A stretch of 64,000 nucleotides of DNA, from IMG/VR virus record IMGVR_UViG_3300027899_000001, positions 62,001-126,000 of that record. One strand, 5' to 3'. The notes under the pieces were generated by a model. That model was not told the DNA's origin. It did no database searches and worked only from the letters and a program-made list of their open reading frames with translations. The position numbers and the translations under genes are program-made. Shown here piece by piece: positions 27,031 to 36,131 of the stretch. Position 1 is the first letter of the stretch. Every line of letters starts with the position of its first letter.

Positions 27031-28377
27031 TTAGTCTTGGTGTGGAAGACCTAAATCACCTAATTCTATATCAAGTTCATCAGACTCGAGATTAACTTCT
27101 CCTAATTCCGTATCATCTATTAAATCTACAGTTATTTCTGCAAGATCTTCAAGAGATTCTATACTTGGAAGCATAAATGTTTTTTTAATAATATTTTCAT
27201 CAAGTTGAGTTAAAACATCTTGTGTAAATACTTTTTCAGTATATAATTCTGCTATAGGAACTTCTCCACCTAAATGTTTACAAACAAGAGTTCTGGCAGT
27301 ATCTTTAGGATAAGCGTATGCTAATGAAACTCCACTTTTATCTTCTAGAGTTGATACCATTTCATAACATCTCTTTTGTTCAGCTGGTGTTAATTTTGAA
27401 TAATCCTTTGGAGAAAGCAATTTTCCTCTAATTATTCCACAAGTTTCCCATGTTACAAATTTTTCAAGACCTACAAAAGGATTGGGTTTTTTATAGAATG
27501 GAATATGAATTTGAACTTTAATTGGACGAGCAAATCTTTGTTTATACGGGTGAACAGTTACTACAATACCAATTTTAGTTGCTTCAATACCTTGATTTTT
27601 TACATGATCTTCTGAATCTTTATCAGTAAGTTTTGATTTTGTAAGAACAAATATAATAGAAGTGTTATATAAACCGCCACCTCCGCCTGATACAGTATCA
27701 CCAGGGATATATGATCCTATGGAAGCATATACATGATTACATACAATGAATGGAATGCCATTTTTAGCGAAATCGCTACCAATTACTCTAAAAGTTCTAC
27801 GAATAGCTTGTTGTTTTGTCATATCTCGTTTATTATCTCCTGATGTTGTATCAGCTTTTTCTTTTGTTGATGATAAATTTCCAAGAGAATCGAGAACGAC
27901 CATTACTTTTGGCGGAGTTTTTCCTGATTTTTTAATATCTGCAATGGTTTCATTTAACTTAGCAGTTAATGTTGCAAATTCTTCAACTGTATTAACATTC
28001 TCAAGACGAAATTTGCTTGTATCAATACCTAATTTTTTAACAAAATCAACATCAATTGATCCTTCAGAATCATAATAAATTGGAAAATAATCTAACGCTT
28101 GGGCACTTCTAACAATACTTATAGCAAGATATGTTTTTCCCGTTCCTTGTTGTCCTGCAAACATAAGAGATCTTCTATTAGGCATTCCCCCAAATAAAGA
28201 ACCACTCATTGCTGCATTAAGAATATAAGAACCAGTAGGAATCCATTCATCAATTTTAGCATAAATACTATCTTCTATGATAGCACCGTCTGGCGATATT
28301 TTAGTTAATGCGTCGTTAAGTTCTGAAAATGTTGCTTTAGTTGAGGGAGTCTTTTCTGTAGATACTTTTTTGGCCAT
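27031..28377 (-). CDS. uvsX: RecA-like recombinase, UvsX-like
   Basis: WIPTGSYILNAAMSG, AGQQGTGKT, YYDSEGS, VLDSLGNL, GDNKRDMT. Confidence 0.9.
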   Translation of the reverse strand: MAKKVSTEKTPSTKATFSELNDALTKISPDGAIIEDSIYAKIDEWIPTGSYILNAAMSGSLFGGMPNRRSLMFAGQQGTGKTYLAISIVRSAQALDYFPIYYDSEGSIDVDFVKKLGIDTSKFRLENVNTVEEFATLTAKLNETIADIKKSGKTPPKVMVVLDSLGNLSSTKEKADTTSGDNKRDMTKQQAIRRTFRVIGSDFAKNGIPFIVCNHVYASIGSYIPGDTVSGGGGGLYNTSIIFVLTKSKLTDKDSEDHVKNQGIEATKIGIVVTVHPYKQRFARPIKVQIHIPFYKKPNPFVGLEKFVTWETCGIIRGKLLSPKDYSKLTPAEQKRCYEMVSTLEDKSGVSLAYAYPKDTARTLVCKHLGGEVPIAELYTEKVFTQDVLTQLDENIIKKTFMLPSIESLEDLAEITVDLIDDTELGEVNLESDELDIELGDLGLPHQD

Positions 28378-28439
28378 AATTTAATAATTTATTTTATATT
28401 TTATTAAAGAATGGCCAAATAGTTTTAAGTATTTTCTTT

Positions 28440-28772
28440 TTATTTAAAAGAAGGCGGAACAAAGTCTAATGCTCTTTGCATGAATATGTTAGTTACTTCC
28501 CAATCTTCGCCTCCTATATCTCTTGCTGCAAGATATCGTCTATATGCTTTTTGTTTATCTTGAATAAGTTTGCACATTGTACTTGCTAATCTTGCTTCTT
28601 TTGCATGGTCGCCATTTGCTTTTTTAATGATATCTTTGACTCTCATTATATCTTTTGCTTCTGGATGCATCCATTTAGGATAGTGTTCAAGTCTGTGCTT
28701 AACACCAATTTTCATATCCTGAATAGGATCTGATTCTTCAGTAAACTTTTCAAAAACACGCCAGGCTTTCAT
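28440..28772 (-). CDS. Tagged putative internal head protein
   Basis: MKAWRVFEKFTEESDPIQDMKIG; own late-promoter motif at 28783-28798. Confidence 0.75.
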   Translation of the reverse strand: MKAWRVFEKFTEESDPIQDMKIGVKHRLEHYPKWMHPEAKDIMRVKDIIKKANGDHAKEARLASTMCKLIQDKQKAYRRYLAARDIGGEDWEVTNIFMQRALDFVPPSFK

Positions 28773-28810
28773 AGAATATACATTTATTTTATATATTCTA
28801 TTTATTTAAT

Positions 28811-29434
28811 TTACACAGCGCTTTCTGTCCAATCTTTATCTTTTCCTAAAAGTTGTAAATCATTCATTATTTGAATAACTTCATAAAGATTTATTGGACG
28901 AAGCCAAAAAGCAGGATATTGTTTATTATCTATACCTACATCATATGATAAGCCCGTGTTCTGAAATCTTCCATGACAATGCCCGTAAAGATGCCATGCG
29001 CCATGAATTTTTCTATTCCAAGATGCTAGAGGATAATGACATAAAACTATGTGTATATTTAACCCAAATCTTGAGAATACAAAATCTTTAATCTGCGTTA
29101 TTTCAGTCCAGTTTCCAAGATGATCAACACTTTTATCATGATTTCCTGTAATAAGATGTTTATTACCATTTAATCTTGCAACAAATTTCTGAGCATCTAC
29201 ACGCTTTGCCATTGAAGTATCACCAATAATATAAACTTCATGTTTAGGTTTAACATATTTATTGAATACTTCTTTAATAAGCCATTCATCATGTTCTTCT
29301 TTAGATACAGGGCGACCGCATATATCTACAATTTTTGGATGTCCATGATGTAAATCTGCAGTAAACCAGATTTTTTCCATTTCGGCAATTATCTCTGGCG
29401 TTAATTTATCTAATATTTCTGTTTGTATATTCAT
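28811..29434 (-). CDS. Calcineurin-like metallophosphoesterase
   Basis: FTADLHHGH, IGD, GNHD, CHYP, HLYGHCH. Confidence 0.85.
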   Translation of the reverse strand: MNIQTEILDKLTPEIIAEMEKIWFTADLHHGHPKIVDICGRPVSKEEHDEWLIKEVFNKYVKPKHEVYIIGDTSMAKRVDAQKFVARLNGNKHLITGNHDKSVDHLGNWTEITQIKDFVFSRFGLNIHIVLCHYPLASWNRKIHGAWHLYGHCHGRFQNTGLSYDVGIDNKQYPAFWLRPINLYEVIQIMNDLQLLGKDKDWTESAV

Positions 29435-29625
29435 TTTTTCTTTTTTCTTTTTAATTTTATTGTATTCGTCTTATCATCAAATACAATTTTGAATTTATCT
29501 CTTAAATCTTTGGGTATGTAAACATCTTTCCATACTATTCTCCAAAGATATTTTTTCCAATTGGCTTGATTATCATTTTCATCAATCCAAATAATTGGTT
29601 TTTTTAATTTCTTATTCTTTTTCAT
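29431..29625 (-). CDS. Hypothetical basic protein, possibly leaderless
   Basis: ATG lies 4 nt after a TATATTTG element. Confidence 0.55.
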   Translation of the reverse strand: MKKNKKLKKPIIWIDENDNQANWKKYLWRIVWKDVYIPKDLRDKFKIVFDDKTNTIKLKRKKKK

Positions 29626-29629
29626 AATA

Positions 29630-29667
29630 CAAATATAATAAAAAATCCTGATATAAAAAAATCAGGA
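29630..29667 (-). promoter_or_regulatory. Hairpin (terminator-like) directly followed by a TATATTTG promoter element
   Basis: TCCTGAT/ATCAGGA inverted repeat (29646-29667), T-run, then TATTATATTTG on minus. Confidence 0.5.
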
Positions 29668-29907
29668 GTCCTTTTTTTGCGATTCTTTGTAAGATTCTTC
29701 TTCTGCTTCATAACACTTCTCACACCTCTTATACGGTTTTCCTGTATTTTGATTATACATAATTTTCCAAGTATGTGGCTGTAAAGGCATATGATTATCT
29801 GGATGTCCGGCATATGTTGTTTGACATTTTTCACAACCTTTGCAATCTGGAAAACTATCAGTAGTCCATGCTATTGCTTCTCCACATTTACATCTTAATG
29901 TTCTCAT
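29662..29907 (-). CDS. Small Cys-rich Zn-finger protein
   Basis: CKCG, CKGCEKC, CEKC. Confidence 0.6.
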   Translation of the reverse strand: MRTLRCKCGEAIAWTTDSFPDCKGCEKCQTTYAGHPDNHMPLQPHTWKIMYNQNTGKPYKRCEKCYEAEEESYKESQKKDS

Positions 29908-30889
29908 ATTTTTTTATTTTTGTATAATCTTTATCAATGATAATTAAATATGTATAGCCTAATGCTTTAGTATATTTTTCTTTTTTCTTATTTTGTTTTT
30001 CAAATCTATTATAATAATATTTACTTTTACATTCAATTATTAGATTTAACGATGGAATATAAAAATCAGGAAAATATATTTTATTTTTATTTTCATATTT
30101 ATATTTGATTGCTGATCCATTTTGTATGTCAGGATATTTATCATAAAATTTTTCTAAAAAATCCAATTCATATGATCCACGATAATAAATATTTGTATTT
30201 TTAAAATTTTTAGCTTTAAGCCCACTTTTTTGTTGTTTTTCAAATATTTCTTTATTTTGCATTGGATTTTCGACATCATATTTTTTTAAACAACTATTTA
30301 TTTTATGAGTTTTAACAACATTTGATGAATTTGGAGATACTGTACCATATTTTTTTAAAGACGTTTCTTGCTTTTTGGTCTTTATTTTTTTATTTTTTAA
30401 AGGATGTTCACCATATAAATTGATCATAATTTCGTTTCCTTTTTCTCTAATTTTTTTATTACTTAATCCCCATTCGCAGCCATAATTTTTAAATGTTGTT
30501 TCTTTTGATTTTTTTCTATTTGTATAATATTCATCATTGTATTTTTGTTTTTTAATTTTTTTAATTTTATTTTTAATTTTTTTTGATTGAAATACATTTT
30601 TAACACCAAATTTTTTAAAAACTTCTTCTTCTGTTCTAATCTGATTCCATTTTTTTTCGCATTCTCCTTTACAACAAGTTTTATATCCTCCTGCTATATT
30701 ATTAAATACGGTTTCTTTATTGCATATTTTGCATAACCCCTCTTCATTTTCACGTATATATTTATCAAAATATTCTTTAGCTTTATGTTTTCTTACTATA
30801 TGATTTATTATACCATGTTTAGAAATAGATGTTAACCCGCATTCTTCACATATAAAAAAATTATTTTGATTTTGTTGAAACCTTTTCAT
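29888..30889 (-). CDS. Free-standing endonuclease, family copy 3
   Basis: CEECGL..H..RKH; KYDVENPMQ; YRGSYELDFLEKFY...YFPDFYIPSLNLIIECK; late promoter at 30901-30914. Confidence 0.75.
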   Translation of the reverse strand: MKRFQQNQNNFFICEECGLTSISKHGIINHIVRKHKAKEYFDKYIRENEEGLCKICNKETVFNNIAGGYKTCCKGECEKKWNQIRTEEEVFKKFGVKNVFQSKKIKNKIKKIKKQKYNDEYYTNRKKSKETTFKNYGCEWGLSNKKIREKGNEIMINLYGEHPLKNKKIKTKKQETSLKKYGTVSPNSSNVVKTHKINSCLKKYDVENPMQNKEIFEKQQKSGLKAKNFKNTNIYYRGSYELDFLEKFYDKYPDIQNGSAIKYKYENKNKIYFPDFYIPSLNLIIECKSKYYYNRFEKQNKKKEKYTKALGYTYLIIIDKDYTKIKKYENIKM

Positions 30890-30924
30890 GATATAATAGT
30901 TTATTTATATATTCATGAAAAATT

Positions 30925-32094
30925 TTAAAAAAGTGAACGCGCGTATATTAAATTTCCTGGCACTGGATTAAATCCTACTGCCTCTAATATTCTATTAAAA
31001 GGCTCTACTATAGTTTTAGTAAATTGTAAATCATAATCGACTGCTGGCGCAAATTCATATGGAAAGTTTCCCGGTAGGAAACCGAATACTTCATTTTCGT
31101 CTTTTGTATAATAAAATTTAACTTTATCTCCTGTCTTAATTATATTATACTTTGTTTTCCATTTACTATTTAATATAATATGATTATATACTGCTGAAGC
31201 TCTAACATTTTGTCCACACTTTGGAGCTAATCTAACTTGTTTTTTATCTTCTAAACAATATTTTTCATAATCACCAAGAGATTGTGTTTTTGCAACATCT
31301 TCTGGATTTTGCATAACATATTCTTTCTTGTATTCTTTTAATTTTTTTACAACATCTGAATATAAAAGTCCTTTTTCTTTTTCACAAACCAGTTTAATCA
31401 TTTCTTTAAGAACTTTTCTTGCAAATTTTGGAGTTGATCCTTGCATAATTTCTATGCCAACATGTTTAATTTTTTCTTGAGGAGGAAAGAAAACACCAGG
31501 ATCTTTCCATGCTAAATTCAAAATATATTTTTTCTTTGCAACCATTGTTGCGGAATAAGAAATTTTTTCCAATTCTAAGTCTTGTATATTTTTAGTATTA
31601 TATCTTTTAGCGTATTCTTCAAATTTTTCTTTAAGATATAAATTTAATCTCAATTCTTTTATCTTTATTATAAAATCTACTTGACTTCCTGAATAATCAC
31701 AAGATTTTAACATTGAATCAAAGGTTACATATACACTATCAGTATCCATATAAATTGTAACTGTAGGATCATTTATTTTATTTGCATATGTAATTCCTAA
31801 TTGTTTATGTAATTCTTTATCAAGATGCCATTCATTCATAAAGTATTCATCAATAGTACGACTTGCAAATTTTGCTACATCTTGTCCTTGAAGAGTTACT
31901 GCCTCTGCTACATTAATATTAAATCCTACAAAATACTGAGAAGCACATGCACCATAAACTGAGTTCAACCAAATTTTAATTGATTGCTCTAAATTGAAAT
32001 ACTTTTCTTTTTCTAATTTTAGACGTTCAATTTCAGCTTCTAATTCTTCTATTGAACAGGTGTTAGGATTTATTTTTGTGAGAGTAAACTCCAT
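30925..32094 (-). CDS. gp43: Family B DNA polymerase, C-terminal half of a split gp43
   Basis: KIWLNSVYGA (region III), YMDTDSVY (region I), KKKY; no exonuclease or DxxSLYP region. Confidence 0.85.
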   Translation of the reverse strand: MEFTLTKINPNTCSIEELEAEIERLKLEKEKYFNLEQSIKIWLNSVYGACASQYFVGFNINVAEAVTLQGQDVAKFASRTIDEYFMNEWHLDKELHKQLGITYANKINDPTVTIYMDTDSVYVTFDSMLKSCDYSGSQVDFIIKIKELRLNLYLKEKFEEYAKRYNTKNIQDLELEKISYSATMVAKKKYILNLAWKDPGVFFPPQEKIKHVGIEIMQGSTPKFARKVLKEMIKLVCEKEKGLLYSDVVKKLKEYKKEYVMQNPEDVAKTQSLGDYEKYCLEDKKQVRLAPKCGQNVRASAVYNHIILNSKWKTKYNIIKTGDKVKFYYTKDENEVFGFLPGNFPYEFAPAVDYDLQFTKTIVEPFNRILEAVGFNPVPGNLIYARSLF

Positions 32095-32154
32095 ATGTTT
32101 TACTTTTTATATAGAGAATTGAATATAGAGTTTTTGTATTAACATAGATTTAAC

Positions 32155-32565
32155 TTAAAATCCACGTTCTATTATAATAAATCTATTATTGAACATTATT
32201 CGAGAAACTATCATATTATTACCAGGATACCAATTTTTAACAATCTTTTCCGTTTCTTTTAATTCTTCTTTAGCCCTATTTAACAGATCTTTATCTCTGA
32301 ATCTCATAAAATTTATTGTTGTTACAGTCGGGCTATGACGAATAACGTTTGTAACAAGAACATAATGATCAGGAAGTATTTTAAATCCACTATAAAAGGC
32401 AGTAAAAGCACCAGATCGATTATGTGTAACTGCTACTGCTTTTTTCGCTTGTATAATAGCGCCAGGACGAAGAGTTTCAAACGACATTCCACCAATACCC
32501 ATATCATGTATAGGATCAGATTCCTCAGTAAATTTCTCGTTTATATGTTCTCTTACTAGTTTCAT
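32155..32565 (-). CDS. Tagged putative internal head protein (KOW/SH3-like cargo)
   Basis: MKLVREHINEKFTEESDPIHDMGIG. Confidence 0.75.
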   Translation of the reverse strand: MKLVREHINEKFTEESDPIHDMGIGGMSFETLRPGAIIQAKKAVAVTHNRSGAFTAFYSGFKILPDHYVLVTNVIRHSPTVTTINFMRFRDKDLLNRAKEELKETEKIVKNWYPGNNMIVSRIMFNNRFIIIERGF

Positions 32566-34616
32566 GGTTCTAAATCTATTCTTCCATCAATTTGTTTACA
32601 ATATTTACGTACTTTTGCATTAGTAAATTTTCCTGGATTACCTCCAGCATAAAAATTACCAGTTCTGCCGCGTCCTCTGGTTACTATTTTAGGACAACCT
32701 TCTAAAGACATTAATTTATTATCAGAACATCTAAAATATCCATGAACTTCCTTAGGAAATCCTCGTAATGAAGTTAAACCCTGATGTCCAAAATCACACC
32801 ACCCGTCTACAATATTAAAAGTTATATATGATGGTAATTGGTCAATATGAACATCTATTTTTCCTGCTAAATTTCCGTGTACATCAATAGTACCATCTTT
32901 TCTAATTACATATGGCGATTTATAATTTTGATCATCGTTTTGTTCTATTTCTATATTTTTATCAAACCATTCTGCAATTTTTTTCACTATGCCAATTCCC
33001 ATATCATATATAGGATCAGATTCTTCTGTAAATTTTTCATTTATTCTTGGATAATAAGATTCTGTAATTGTATCCATTTTTTCCGGTTTCATAATAGCTA
33101 CACTAACATTAGAAGACATTGTTGTGGGTTTTCTAATATAAACTCTTATTTTATTTAATTCTCCACAAATTTTAGCAAAATACGTTATTTCAATTCCTGT
33201 TGCTGAATTGCTGTCTTTAATTAGAATTCGTCCATCAATATTTTTATTAGATATATTATAAATTGATACACCGCCATTTTGTTCACGTTTAGTTATATCA
33301 ACTTTCTCTGGATTTCCCGTGTCATCTCCAGTAAATATAAAAAATGTTGGATTTTTTCCCAATCCCATAGAATATGATAATAAACCGTTAATGAATAAAT
33401 TATCTTGAGATACTTTAGTTAATAAATAATTAAGTAATTTAAGAGATGCATATTTTATTTTGGCAGAATTAACTTTTTTAAATCCATCAATAGGATCTTC
33501 CTTTGCATATTTATATAAATGGGCTTCTTTTATTTGAGATATATTAATATCAACTTTTTTTCTTTCGTCTATAATTCCTTGTAAAAATCTATTGTTATCC
33601 CAAGTTAATTCTTCTTTTGTAAGATCATATTTATCTTTTACTGTTTCAGATTTACGTAAATATCCTTTTCCCCATCCCGCTTGAGATTTACTTTCTTTTA
33701 ACGATATGCCTAATATGATTTTACTATCATCATATGATTTTAGATCTTCAACAAATATACTATTATAATCTCCTATTTTAAATTCTTCTGTTTGCTTTTC
33801 TTTAGCTTTATTCCAAGTTTCTAATACTTTTGATTCTTGACCGGGCTTAACTAAAATAAAATCCATAGGACACCATTTATCAACTTCTTTCTTAGTAAAT
33901 CCTAAACTTGTTGCTGCTTCTTCTTTAATTTTCTTAAAAAGAGCATTATTTCTATAAGGAATCCAATCTTTATATTCTGTAGTTTTTAATTTTTTTCCAA
34001 CAGCCATAGCATTAAATATGCTAAGAAGAATTTTTTCATTAAAATTTGCAATATCTTTTGCAAGTTCAGCTACAATAGAATCAATTTCTGATTGTTCTAC
34101 TCCTTTAATACCTTTTGTTCCTATATCTTTTATTAATAATCCTAAAAGCTTTTTATATTCTGCTTCGTTTTTATCTTTAATATTAAAGGGTTTATATTGA
34201 TTATCAATATCATCTGTTTCAAAAAAGAAAATAGCAAGCCCTTCTTTAAATTCTGTAGTAGTTCTTGTAGTTTTTCCTCTATAATTGCTATCTGAAAATA
34301 CAAGATTTTTTTCTGTTCCATTAAGATTAAAACTAATAGATTTAAATTTTGATGATATGTCTAAACCTTCTTCACCTTCTTTTGGCTCTAATATCTTAAT
34401 AGTAGTCGGATCTACATTAATATTATATTTTTTAATAACTTCTTTAAAATCATTTACTAATTCATCAATAGTTACAACTCCTTTATTTTTTAAACGAGTA
34501 TCTTTAGAATGAATGCTATATTTCTCAGGAAATTCTGCAAGAATTTTATTTCTTATAGAGCCCACTGTGTTTAATTTGTCTATTTTTTCTAATAATCTGG
34601 GATAAAAAGACATCAT
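32562..34616 (-). CDS. Large protein: possible nuclease-like N-terminal region, internal tag, then LRR-like C-terminal domain
   Basis: KWCPMDFILV...GISLKE; internal RINEKFTEESDPIYDMGIG; LTSLRGFPKEV..LMSLEGCPKIV; late promoter at 34621-34636. Confidence 0.65.
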   Translation of the reverse strand: MMSFYPRLLEKIDKLNTVGSIRNKILAEFPEKYSIHSKDTRLKNKGVVTIDELVNDFKEVIKKYNINVDPTTIKILEPKEGEEGLDISSKFKSISFNLNGTEKNLVFSDSNYRGKTTRTTTEFKEGLAIFFFETDDIDNQYKPFNIKDKNEAEYKKLLGLLIKDIGTKGIKGVEQSEIDSIVAELAKDIANFNEKILLSIFNAMAVGKKLKTTEYKDWIPYRNNALFKKIKEEAATSLGFTKKEVDKWCPMDFILVKPGQESKVLETWNKAKEKQTEEFKIGDYNSIFVEDLKSYDDSKIILGISLKESKSQAGWGKGYLRKSETVKDKYDLTKEELTWDNNRFLQGIIDERKKVDINISQIKEAHLYKYAKEDPIDGFKKVNSAKIKYASLKLLNYLLTKVSQDNLFINGLLSYSMGLGKNPTFFIFTGDDTGNPEKVDITKREQNGGVSIYNISNKNIDGRILIKDSNSATGIEITYFAKICGELNKIRVYIRKPTTMSSNVSVAIMKPEKMDTITESYYPRINEKFTEESDPIYDMGIGIVKKIAEWFDKNIEIEQNDDQNYKSPYVIRKDGTIDVHGNLAGKIDVHIDQLPSYITFNIVDGWCDFGHQGLTSLRGFPKEVHGYFRCSDNKLMSLEGCPKIVTRGRGRTGNFYAGGNPGKFTNAKVRKYCKQIDGRIDLEP

Positions 34617-34651
34617 TAGTTTTATTTTATATATTTAGATATTTACAAGAT

Positions 34652-34678
34652 AAAAAATCCCGGTGATTAGCCGGGATT
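34652..34678 (-). terminator. Intrinsic terminator after the clamp-like gene
   Basis: AATCCCGG-7nt-CCGGGATT followed by a T-run on minus. Confidence 0.75.
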
Positions 34679-34717
34679 GGATTTTCCTTTCGGAATATCG
34701 ATAATGAAAAAGACAGC

Positions 34718-35497
34718 TTATTCAGTATCAGTAGTCATAGATAATACGCAAACAGTATCACTATCTTTTGATTTGAATACTAATCGATCTTCGCCAAGAT
34801 CTACATTGTAATTTTCGATATCAATATTTGCGTATTGATTCTTAAATACACTTAAAGTTGTTGCAGTTCTTCCTATTTCACATATTGTTAATTCAAATGT
34901 TTTTCCAGATACAACTACTTCGTTATCTTTAAATTTAAATTCAATGAACTTATGATCATTATCTATTGCACATAAAGAATTGATCTTTTCTATATTTGCT
35001 TTCACTAATTCAAATGTACCAAGTACACCCATCTTAGCTATTGTATTCATAAATAAATCATCAGGAATATATTTGAAAACTTTAAGAGATGTACATTGAG
35101 TACTCATTTTCAAACTTTTATTCTTAAATTCTAATGTTTCAGCTGCAAAATTTGTAATTTTATCATCGCCTACAAGTTCTTGATAATTTACAATAATTGT
35201 AAATTCCATCTCACTAAACTGATCAATTATTTTAATTAAACGGGGAATATTAAAAATTCCAACTTTAATTCTTTTAGGCTCTTTTGTTCCTTTTGTTAAT
35301 AATCCCGCTTCATCAAAAGCAATAGTGCTCATTTTAACAACAGATCTTTCTGTGTTATATGTTTTTGCTATAAATGTGGAAGTGGTTTCATCTATCTCTA
35401 AAAGTAAAGAGTTATCAATAATAGAGAATTTTTTAAGCCATGCTGTGAATGCCTTAACGTTTTTTGCAGTAAATTCAAGTGTCTTTTTCGAAGCCAT
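34718..35497 (-). CDS. Probable sliding clamp, gp45/PCNA-like
   Basis: Size (259 aa), alternating helix/strand two-domain pattern, acidic C-terminus, replication-gene context; no single diagnostic motif. Confidence 0.5.
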   Translation of the reverse strand: MASKKTLEFTAKNVKAFTAWLKKFSIIDNSLLLEIDETTSTFIAKTYNTERSVVKMSTIAFDEAGLLTKGTKEPKRIKVGIFNIPRLIKIIDQFSEMEFTIIVNYQELVGDDKITNFAAETLEFKNKSLKMSTQCTSLKVFKYIPDDLFMNTIAKMGVLGTFELVKANIEKINSLCAIDNDHKFIEFKFKDNEVVVSGKTFELTICEIGRTATTLSVFKNQYANIDIENYNVDLGEDRLVFKSKDSDTVCVLSMTTDTE

Positions 35498-35563
35498 AAT
35501 TTTATGTATTTAGTATTTATATTTTTATACTGTAATACATAAAAGTTTTAATTTAACAATTTT

Positions 35564-35983
35564 TTAATCATATTTTTTATCTAATAAAATGTTATTTAAA
35601 TAATCTTTTATATCTGGATAATAATTAAAGTAATAATATCTATGAACAGTTTCTTCATATTGTTTTTTCGTTATTTGTAATTCTTTACAAATATTACCAA
35701 TTCTTTTTCGCTTTTTATACCAAATTATAAATGTGTAGATTGCTATCAATGCTAATAAAAATGCATAAAAAATGCTAGTTATGTATAGACAATACATGGG
35801 TAGTCCTAAAAGATGTGAACTTGCAGCCATTAAAAATGGAAAAAATAAACCAAAACAAGAAATTATAACTGGCCATATATTACGAGATAAACTTACTACT
35901 GAAATATATTTTATAAAAAATAATTCACATGAACTAGGAGAGAATTTTCTATATGCTTCTTCAAATTGTTTTTTAGTTATCAT
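35564..35983 (-). CDS. Hypothetical 2-TM membrane protein
   Basis: IWPVIISCFGLFFPFLMAA and YITSIFYAFLLALIAIYTFIIW. Confidence 0.6.
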   Translation of the reverse strand: MITKKQFEEAYRKFSPSSCELFFIKYISVVSLSRNIWPVIISCFGLFFPFLMAASSHLLGLPMYCLYITSIFYAFLLALIAIYTFIIWYKKRKRIGNICKELQITKKQYEETVHRYYYFNYYPDIKDYLNNILLDKKYD

Positions 35984-36025
35984 CTACAAAATACATACTT
36001 TTTATATTTATTCATGATTTTTTAT

Positions 36026-36111
36026 GAATATATAATAAAAGCAGTAATCTTTATCTGTATAATAAAGAAACCGAAGAGGGATCAACGGCTGTCCTGCTAA
36101 ATTATATATTC
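36026..36111. other. Inverted-repeat-bounded structured element 2
   Basis: GAATATATAAT..AGCAG / CTGCT..ATTATATATTC enclosing TAA-[TCTTTAT/ATAAAGA]-AA-[CCG/CGG]-CTGTC; same architecture as 19972-20053. Confidence 0.7.
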
Positions 36112-36131
36112 TTAAAATAATAGGGGGATTC

